IMG/VR virus record: IMGVR_UViG_3300027967_000093
Source of the DNA: a virus
Reading direction: 5' to 3' (one strand)
DNA length: 64,000 nt
The notes beneath the pieces were generated by a model, which was not told the DNA's origin, ran no database searches, and saw nothing but the letters and a program-made list of their open reading frames with translations. A program made the position numbers and the translations under genes. Positions 38,099 through 46,900 of the stretch are shown here, in pieces; positions within the stretch are counted from its first letter, which is position 1, and each line of letters opens with the position of its first letter.

Positions 38099-41002
38099 AT
38101 GGCACGTCCTTTTACAAAACTAAGTGACTCGTTCAAGATTTTACGGGATAATGTTAATACTATCTCGTATAATGTTGGTGACCCTGACGACCTAAACACC
38201 TATGGTGATAGTGATGTCGTTCAGGCAATCAATGAAATCGAACGTGTCTTCGATGCCTCTGCGGGTGAAATCCTATATCCTACTGGTGCAGCAGGTGAAA
38301 CTCAAACTCGACTCCTTATTAGTACCGCACAATCAAGTGGTACAGATATCCAGTTTAATGTTGGTGCAAACTTCAACATTGATGCAGTAGGTGACATCAA
38401 CTTAGATGCCGGTGGCGCGAACATCAACTTCCTTGATGATTCTTCTAACCGTATTGCATTTACTTTGGGTGCGACTAACACTGTTGGTGTGACTGGTGTA
38501 CTTGACCTTGATGTCTCTTCTAATCTCGACATCGATGTGTCTGGTAATACGACTCTTACCTCCACCGGCACAACTACTATCGAAACAACTACATTCACTG
38601 TAGACGCGTCCGGAGATGTAATCCTTGACGCAGACGGTGGAAATGTAACATTCAAAGATGGTGGAACTACAGACTATAACTTTGCAACTGATGGTACAGT
38701 TTCTCGTACCGGAGACTTGACATTTGACATCTCGGGTGATATAATCCTTGATGCAGATGGCGGGAACATTACATACAAAGATGGTGGAACTGATCGTATA
38801 GCATATATGATGGGTACAACCAACACTGCGGCTGTAACTGGTAACCTTACCTATGACGTTTCGGGTGATATTGTACTCGATGCGGGAACCAATAACGTAG
38901 ACCTAAAAGGTGCAGGAACTACTCGTTTCGCATACGGACTTGGTACGTCTAATACCCTAGACGTTACAGGTAATCTTACACAAACTGTCTCAGGTAACTT
39001 CTCAGACAGTGCTGATGGTACTTATCATATAGGTGCGACTGGTCTTGTAGATGTTATTACTTCTGGTAACTTCGACACTACCTCGAACCAACAAACACAT
39101 TCTACCACTGGTAACTTCACTATCGATGCCGGTGGTGATATTATACTAGATGCGGATGGTGCGGATATAAGTTTCAAGGATGACGGAACTACTCGTTTCC
39201 AATATAACCTTGGTACAACTAACACTATCACCACAACTGGTGCTATCGACCACAATGTATCAGGTGGATATGACATCGATGTTAACGGTGCGTTTGAAGT
39301 TGATGCGAATGGTTCCATCACTATGGATGCGACTGGTGACTTTGATATCAAAGGTTCTGGTACAACTCGTTTTGCATATGGTCTTGGTACATCAAACACA
39401 TTAGACGTTACAGGTAATCTCACTCAAACAGTATCAGGTAACTATTCTGATTCTGCTAATGGCACATACCACATTGGTGCGACTGGTGCTACCGACATTC
39501 AAACGTCTGGTACATTCCAAACTAATACTGGTGCACAGACTCATACTGTTACTGGTGCATACACCGTTGACGCATCTACTGATATTGTCCTTGATGCAGA
39601 TGGTGCAAATGTCACTCTGAAAGATGGGGGTGCGACTCGATTCGACTTCCAAATGGGTGCGAACCAAGAACTAGACATTCCTACTGGCAACTTCACTTTA
39701 GATGTTGCGGGTAATATTGTACTAGACGCAGACGGTGCGAACATCGACTTTCAAGACGGTGGTGTTGCACGATTCGAATATGGTCTAGGTACAACTAACA
39801 CTTTAGATATCTCAGGTAACTTAACTCAGTCTGTATCGGGTGACCACACTGACAGTGCAGATGGTATTCGTACTATCAATGCAACTGACGGTCTTACTTT
39901 CGAAGCAACACACGGCCCACTAACGGTTACTGCAAGTGGTAATGGTACTGTGTCGGTAGGTGGTAACTACCTAGTAGATGCAGAAGGTGATATTACACTT
40001 GATGCAAACGGTGCAGATATTGTATTTAAAGATGCGGGTGTTACAGAACTAACATTCAACTTAGACTCTGACCAAACTATTGAAGCACGAAATAGTCTGA
40101 TTCTTGATGCCGACCAAGATATTACTCTTGAAGCGAACGGTAAAGATATCAACTTCAACGATGGTACTCAGAACAACTTTGTATTCAACCTTGGTACTAA
40201 CCAAGAAGTTGATGTTGTAGGTAATCTAACTGTAGATGTTGCGGGTGATATTACACTTGATGCAGGTGGTACTCAGGTAAACCTTGCAGACGGAACCGCA
40301 AACCGTATTGTTCACAACCTTGGTACAAACCAAGAGATTGACTATACTGGTGACCTTACCCAAGACATTGGTGGTGATTTAATCATTGATGTTGATGGTG
40401 GAGATGTTTACCTCAAAGATGCAGGTACTCAGTTCGGTCGTCTGAAGAATACTAGTAACCAACTAGACATTTACTCTGGCTCTACTCTTGCACTTGAGAT
40501 GACTGCGAATACTATCGAAGTTCATAACCGTGCATTGTTCTTAGACTCTGCACTAGATACTGTTGCATCAAATGTTGCAGGTTCTATTAATGAAATTCAT
40601 ACAGAACTCGATTCTGCATCTGGTGAGATAGAGTCTGTCAAAGATACTATCGAACAGATGTTGAAAACATTTGATTCGGGTGGAACTAGTGCAAACATTT
40701 CTGCGACTGGTATCTCTACTCTCAATACTCTCGATAAGACTTTTGTTGGTGGTATCAACGAGATTGATACTCGACTAGATTCTGCGGTTGATGAAATTCA
40801 AGTCGTAAAAAGTAGAGTCACAAGTAATGCCACAGACATTCTAAACTTGAGTAATCGAGTTGGTCAGTTGAATACACTTGACAGTTCTGCGCCAGGCAAC
40901 TTCTTCGAAGGTATAAATAACGATAGTATAGTAAACGCGATAAACGAATTAGCAAGAAGAACTGTCCTAATCTATGATGAGAACGGTACTCTTCTGAACT
41001 AA
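38099..41002 (+). CDS. Fibre protein with beta-repeat shaft and helical C-terminus
   Basis: About a dozen DI.LDA.G..I.FKD.G repeats; C-terminal AINE motifs; ends IYDENGTLLN; internal TATAAATA at 40912. Confidence 0.7.
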   Translation: MARPFTKLSDSFKILRDNVNTISYNVGDPDDLNTYGDSDVVQAINEIERVFDASAGEILYPTGAAGETQTRLLISTAQSSGTDIQFNVGANFNIDAVGDINLDAGGANINFLDDSSNRIAFTLGATNTVGVTGVLDLDVSSNLDIDVSGNTTLTSTGTTTIETTTFTVDASGDVILDADGGNVTFKDGGTTDYNFATDGTVSRTGDLTFDISGDIILDADGGNITYKDGGTDRIAYMMGTTNTAAVTGNLTYDVSGDIVLDAGTNNVDLKGAGTTRFAYGLGTSNTLDVTGNLTQTVSGNFSDSADGTYHIGATGLVDVITSGNFDTTSNQQTHSTTGNFTIDAGGDIILDADGADISFKDDGTTRFQYNLGTTNTITTTGAIDHNVSGGYDIDVNGAFEVDANGSITMDATGDFDIKGSGTTRFAYGLGTSNTLDVTGNLTQTVSGNYSDSANGTYHIGATGATDIQTSGTFQTNTGAQTHTVTGAYTVDASTDIVLDADGANVTLKDGGATRFDFQMGANQELDIPTGNFTLDVAGNIVLDADGANIDFQDGGVARFEYGLGTTNTLDISGNLTQSVSGDHTDSADGIRTINATDGLTFEATHGPLTVTASGNGTVSVGGNYLVDAEGDITLDANGADIVFKDAGVTELTFNLDSDQTIEARNSLILDADQDITLEANGKDINFNDGTQNNFVFNLGTNQEVDVVGNLTVDVAGDITLDAGGTQVNLADGTANRIVHNLGTNQEIDYTGDLTQDIGGDLIIDVDGGDVYLKDAGTQFGRLKNTSNQLDIYSGSTLALEMTANTIEVHNRALFLDSALDTVASNVAGSINEIHTELDSASGEIESVKDTIEQMLKTFDSGGTSANISATGISTLNTLDKTFVGGINEIDTRLDSAVDEIQVVKSRVTSNATDILNLSNRVGQLNTLDSSAPGNFFEGINNDSIVNAINELARRTVLIYDENGTLLN

Positions 41003-41016
41003 CAGTAGGAAGTAGA

Positions 41017-43884
41017 ATGTCAGATAATAAGGCATTACCGTTAAAGTTAAAAGACAGTGATGGTAATCTCCAACAGATAACTGCATCGGAAAAGAACTAT
41101 GTTGCTTACCTTGCGGGTCTCCAAACCGCACAAGCAGATAGTTCTGATGTAGGACTTCTTACACTCTCATCGGGTGGGAATCGTCTCATCGGTTCTCTAA
41201 CCGATACCTATTACCCTGAACCTGTTGGGACTCACCCATACAACCAAACATCTGTTGTTACCACAACAACAAACATGTATCAGATAAACGGTACTGTACT
41301 TGAAAATGACAGTGACTGGAGAAAACCAGTAGGTCATTATGATGGTAATGTTTATGAGATGTCAGAGACTGACTTAAATACTTTCGTTGATGACCTCAAT
41401 GGACGTATTGCATTATCAGACTATCCTGGCTCACTGAAATTATCTTCTACACGTCCAAGTGCAGACTATGATATTCTTATCCCGAGTGTACTGACCGACC
41501 AACGTGCAGATTCTTCTGGTTCTCCTTTTACTGTAAATGATTATAGTATCTGGCGCAGAACTAGTATGACCGCCCCCACATCTATTCGGGATGACCTGAA
41601 TGGTGTGAGTAGTATTGTTGGTATCAAAAGAAGTTTCGGTGACAGTGGTGACTACCAAGGTCTGACTAAACTTACTGATCGTCAAGTTCAAGTAACTATT
41701 GGTCAACGTGCAAAGACAAGACGTGCGATTGATAACAATGTCGGTTCATACGAATTAAGAACATCTTCTCAGGGTGCACCTGTTGTTGGTACTTGGAAGA
41801 ATGTTGGTGCAGCAGTAAATACTATTCGTCTTGTTGACGAACAGAACTATACGCGCACCCGCGTAAGTGCGTACACGCGTGACCGCAACTCTGCATATAC
41901 TCGTGTCAGTTCAAGAACAATCAATAGTTCCTTTGCGGGTAACTATATTGGTAATTATACAAGAGACTTTGCCGGTAACTATACAAGGGGATTCCTTGGT
42001 AATTATGTTGGTGATTTCACTGGTAACTATACTCGTGACTTTGCAGGTAATTATACAAGAGATGTACAAACTAACTTTGCGGGGGATTACGTAGGTAATT
42101 ACTCTCGTGGATTTATCGGAAACTATTCAAGAGATTTTGCAGGTGAATATAGTCGCAACTTCGTAGGTAACTTCCTTGGGGAATATACGAGAACCTCTAC
42201 AAGAGGAAGACCATCTGCATTTAGTAGAGTAAGAAGTTCTAACTATTCACGAAACTTTGCGGGTAATTACACTCGTGGATTTATTGGAGACTATGCGGGT
42301 AACTTCGTAGGGGAATATTTAAGAACCTCTACTCGCACTCGTACTTCTAATTATGCGCGTACCTCAACACGAATCCGAGAATCCGCGTATGTTAGAATAC
42401 GCACATCGATATATGCGGCCGACTATACTCGTACTCGTAATTCTAATTATACTAGAACCAGTACTCGTACTCGTAATTCTAACTATACTAGAACATCTAC
42501 TAGAACAAATGCGGCAGATTTCATCGGAAATTATATTCGATTAAGAACCTCTTCGTATACAAGAAATAGTACTAGAACACGTACATCTTCATATCTAAGA
42601 GGATTTACTGGAACTACTGATTATATTGGGAACTACTCTCGTACCGACTTTACCCGAATTAGAATAACTAATATCGAAGGACAAAACTTCTATTATACTG
42701 GTAACTATATCGGCCCAAGTCAGTCTTTCACTGGGAACTTCATAGGTACATCACAATCTGTTCGTTACTCTATGGCCGCAGTTGAGGTTGGTGTGTATGA
42801 TGATGAACGTTGGGTAAAAACCAATTACACTTCTTCCGGATATACAACATTCAGTGTATATTGGGGTAATGTTGAAGTGTATAATTCTGGAGTTCAACCA
42901 TTATATACTGACAGTACGGTGGCTGTTGCTGGTGGTTATGTTTACAGTAGACAAGGAGACCCCATCACTGGTGGCGGTGGTTCTGGGTTTAGTTACTCAA
43001 TATACAATGTAAATCGTAATATTGCTGGTAGTTATACGGGTAATTATATTACCACCCGACAGTCTGCGTTCAGTAGAGGTTTCACCGGAGACTTTACTGG
43101 TAATTATACTCGTAATGTTACCGATGACTATACCAGAACAAGAACTTCTAGTTATGCCGGAGACTTTGTAGGCGACTACACACGTGACTTCGCAGGTAAT
43201 TACGTAGGTGATTATACGCGTGACTTCGCAGGTAATTACATTGGCGACTACACTAGAGACTTTAGTGGTGATTATGCACGTGATTTCATAGGTAACTACA
43301 CTGGTGATTATACAAGAGATTTCGCAGGAAATTATGTTGGAGACTATACCCGAGTATCTACTCGAACATCTGCACGTACTAGATTCTCTGCATATGCTCG
43401 TACCCGTGTATCAAACTATTCACGTGACTTCATAGGAAACTACTCAAGAACTTTTGCAGGAGATTATATTGGTGATTATGCCCGTATTTCTACACGTACT
43501 CGAGTAAGTTCATATAGTCGTCTGAGAAATTCTGCATACACTAGAACAAGAACTTCTACATACACTGACAATTACGTTGGAGATTATGTTGGTAACTTCA
43601 TCGGTGAATATACGCGTACCAGAAACTCTGCGTTTACTCGTAATGACACCTTAGATTCTACTCGCACTAGAGTATCAACTTATACCAGAGGTAGAAACTC
43701 AGCCTATACCCGAGACTCTACTCGTTCACGTTCATCCAGTTATGTCGGAGAATATACAGGGAACTACTCTAGGGCGTTTGTCGGAAACTACTCAAGGTCT
43801 TTTGTAGGTGATTATATAGGTCAGACAATTGGTAACACAACTTACGCAGTAGAAACGTATACCTTGTATGTAAGAACTGCATAA
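41017..43884 (+). CDS. Self-complementary repeat (hairpin) fibre-like protein A, 955 aa
   Basis: ~278-aa N-domain, 63-tetrapeptide arm, ~150-aa centre, 63-tetrapeptide complementary arm, C-terminal ETYTLYVRTA. Confidence 0.8.
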   Translation: MSDNKALPLKLKDSDGNLQQITASEKNYVAYLAGLQTAQADSSDVGLLTLSSGGNRLIGSLTDTYYPEPVGTHPYNQTSVVTTTTNMYQINGTVLENDSDWRKPVGHYDGNVYEMSETDLNTFVDDLNGRIALSDYPGSLKLSSTRPSADYDILIPSVLTDQRADSSGSPFTVNDYSIWRRTSMTAPTSIRDDLNGVSSIVGIKRSFGDSGDYQGLTKLTDRQVQVTIGQRAKTRRAIDNNVGSYELRTSSQGAPVVGTWKNVGAAVNTIRLVDEQNYTRTRVSAYTRDRNSAYTRVSSRTINSSFAGNYIGNYTRDFAGNYTRGFLGNYVGDFTGNYTRDFAGNYTRDVQTNFAGDYVGNYSRGFIGNYSRDFAGEYSRNFVGNFLGEYTRTSTRGRPSAFSRVRSSNYSRNFAGNYTRGFIGDYAGNFVGEYLRTSTRTRTSNYARTSTRIRESAYVRIRTSIYAADYTRTRNSNYTRTSTRTRNSNYTRTSTRTNAADFIGNYIRLRTSSYTRNSTRTRTSSYLRGFTGTTDYIGNYSRTDFTRIRITNIEGQNFYYTGNYIGPSQSFTGNFIGTSQSVRYSMAAVEVGVYDDERWVKTNYTSSGYTTFSVYWGNVEVYNSGVQPLYTDSTVAVAGGYVYSRQGDPITGGGGSGFSYSIYNVNRNIAGSYTGNYITTRQSAFSRGFTGDFTGNYTRNVTDDYTRTRTSSYAGDFVGDYTRDFAGNYVGDYTRDFAGNYIGDYTRDFSGDYARDFIGNYTGDYTRDFAGNYVGDYTRVSTRTSARTRFSAYARTRVSNYSRDFIGNYSRTFAGDYIGDYARISTRTRVSSYSRLRNSAYTRTRTSTYTDNYVGDYVGNFIGEYTRTRNSAFTRNDTLDSTRTRVSTYTRGRNSAYTRDSTRSRSSSYVGEYTGNYSRAFVGNYSRSFVGDYIGQTIGNTTYAVETYTLYVRTA
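41851..43815 (+). repeat. Coding 12-nt-period degenerate repeat (xGNY/xRDF/xRTR/xSAY words)
   Basis: Tetrapeptide periodicity in frame with the ORF; arms 41851-42606 and 43060-43815, 756 nt each. Confidence 0.9.
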
Positions 43885-43899
43885 ATAGACTTATAAATA
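43880..43899 (+). promoter_or_regulatory. Tandem late promoters (CATAAATA, TATAAATA)
   Basis: Between the two hairpin-fibre genes. Confidence 0.7.
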
Positions 43900-43928
43900 C
43901 AAACATTAAGTCTAAGAGAGTATGATCT

Positions 43929-46900
43929 GTGGCGGCATCTGATATACCATTAAAAAGTTATGGAGTTAACGGAGACCTTCAGGAGGTAACCCCTTCTGAA
44001 GAGAACTACCTTGCATATCGTGCAGGACTTCATATATCGACAAGTCAGGGAACTGATGAGGGCGACCTGACTCTTACTAATAGTGGCCATTCTGTCGGTC
44101 AATTCGTTGATACCTATTTTAATCAGGCGGATGGAACACACCCCGCAACTTCTATTACTTCTGGTTCAACAACCACTACATTATATCAACGTGACGGAAC
44201 TGCACCTTACAATGGTCTTGACTATCTAAGACCTATTGGATATAATACAAGTGGTGATGTGGGTTTCCACGAATTCACCGATTCTGATATGGATACCTTA
44301 TGTACTCGTCTGAATGCACGTATTGCAGTATCAGACTATCCTGGCACATACTACCTTGGTACCTCTGCACCTAGTGCGGATTATAGTGTGGACATTGCGG
44401 ATGTCTATACCGACACCGTAGGTAACGGAACATCTACAACATATAACATCTATCAAAGAGACACAATGACTGCCCCCACGACTGTTCGTCCGATAGGGAT
44501 TAAGTACAGTGGTGGTTCTTATGATGGATTGATTGAGTTAAATGATGCCCAGATAAACTATACACTTGGACAACACTGTAGAACTTTACGTGGTAAAGAT
44601 GGTGCGATTGGTTCGTACCAACTAAGAAGTTCTGCACAGGGTGTTCCGGTATCGCCAGGCACATGGGCTTCGAAGGGTACTGCGACCAATACCAAAAGGA
44701 CTACGTCTGAGGTTGCATACACCAGAACGCGTTCATCTTCTTATACAAGAGACCGTTCTTCTACATATGCAAGAACCCGAAATTCAATATACACCAGAAA
44801 TAGTACCGCAGTTTTTGCAGGTGACTTTGTTGGCAATTACGTTGGTGATTATACAAGAGATTTTGCGGGTAACTATGCAAGAGACTTTGCAGGTAATTAT
44901 GCAGGGGAATACGTAGGAAATTATTCACGTACAAGAACATCTGCATTTACTCGTAATAGTACAGACACCTTTACTCGCGATTTTACCGGAAACTATGCAC
45001 GTACTCGTGTGTCGACCTATACTCGAGATAGTCTGAATATCTTCACTGGTAACTTTATCGGGAACTACACTCGCACCAGAATAAGTGCATATTCTCGTAA
45101 CAGTACTCGAAATAGAATAAGTGCATATTCACGTACAAGAACATCAACATACACCACAGTGTTTTCCGGCAACTATATCGGAAACTTTATTGGTGATTAT
45201 ACACGTACCCGAGTTTCCAACTATGCAGGAACATATACAAGAACACGTAACTCAGCCTATACTCGCACACGCGTGTCTGCATATACACGCGACCGTGTAA
45301 CTGATTTCACCGGAGATTATATCGGTGATTATGCAAGAACTCGTGTATCTGCGTACAGCCGAACCAGTACCCGTACCAGAACTTCTGCATACAGTAGAAC
45401 TAGATCCTCCACATATACACGTGACCGTACATCAACCTTCACGGGTGACTTCGTTGGTAATTACTCACGGAACCGAAATTCTGCATATACCAGAACTCGT
45501 GTATCAAATTATGCGGGGGACTTCACTGGCAATTATTCGCGTACTCGTGTATCCGCATATACTAGAGACAGAGTAACAAACTTTACCGGAGACTTCATTG
45601 GTAACTATACCCGTGGTCGCATCTCTACATATACACGTGACAGATTACAGACTTTTACTGGTGACTTTGTTGGAAACTATTCGCGCACCTTTATTGGCGA
45701 TTATTCACGTACCTTTATCGGAAACTATTCTCGTGCGTTCGCTGGTGACTATGTCGGAAACTATGCACGGACTCGCGTAACAGATTCAACTAGAACTCGA
45801 AACTCAAACTATACACGCGCATCAACAAGAAACCGTTCCTCTGCATATTCGCGTGACCGTGTTACTGATTTTGCAGGTAACTTTGTTGGGAACTACACTC
45901 GTGATTTTGTCGGTAACTTTGTCGGTAATTATTCTCGTGGATTTGCAGGTGAATATACTGGTAACTATGCAAGGTCATTCTTAGGCAATTACACCGGAAA
46001 CTACACAAGAGGATTCCTTGGTAATTATGTCGGTGATTTCGTAGGCAATTATGCTCGTGGGTATGGCGGTAACTTTACTGGAAACTATGCTCGTGGATTT
46101 GTGGGTAACTATGGAAGAACACGAAACTCAGCATATACCCGAGATAGTACTCGTACATCTACCCGTGTTCTGAACTATCAAAGAATTTCGACTCGAACTT
46201 CGACTCGTGTATTTGACTACACTAGAATCAGTACAAGGACTTCGACTCTTACATTGTCATATAGTCGTGTAGTTTCATACAGTGGTGACTTTACGGGTAA
46301 CTATACCCGCACCCGCACGGCAGTAGGTGACTATACGCGAACCCGCACCGCAACTGGTACCTATACTCGTACTCGTACTGCGACCGGAGATTATACTCGT
46401 GCACGTGCCGAAGGTGTAACATATACCGGAAACTACACCAGAACATTGTACTATGCAGGTGACTTTACTGGTAATTACACTCGTACCTTGTACTATGTTG
46501 GTAACTTTACGCCTACTGCCGACTACACTCGAGTTAGCACTGCAATTGCGTACTATACAGGGAACTACACACGTACCGGATACTATGTCAGATACAGTAT
46601 TTCTGGTGGGACGTATGTCGGAAACTATACTCGTGTTTTGTTATTCGCAAGAAGTCCACCGTCTGATCCATATGCGATTGAATATTACACAAAAACATCC
46701 GCATATACTCGTACTCGTTCTGGAACAACAAGTTACATAGGTAACTATACTCGTACACTTGATTACACGAGAGTTCGAACCCCGACATTATACTACTTAG
46801 GTAACTATGTTGGTGCATCTGATGGTACCGCAGAATATACTCGTTCACGCGCAGGTGGTACAGTCGAAGGCCAAACGATTTACTATGTCGGTAACTATTC

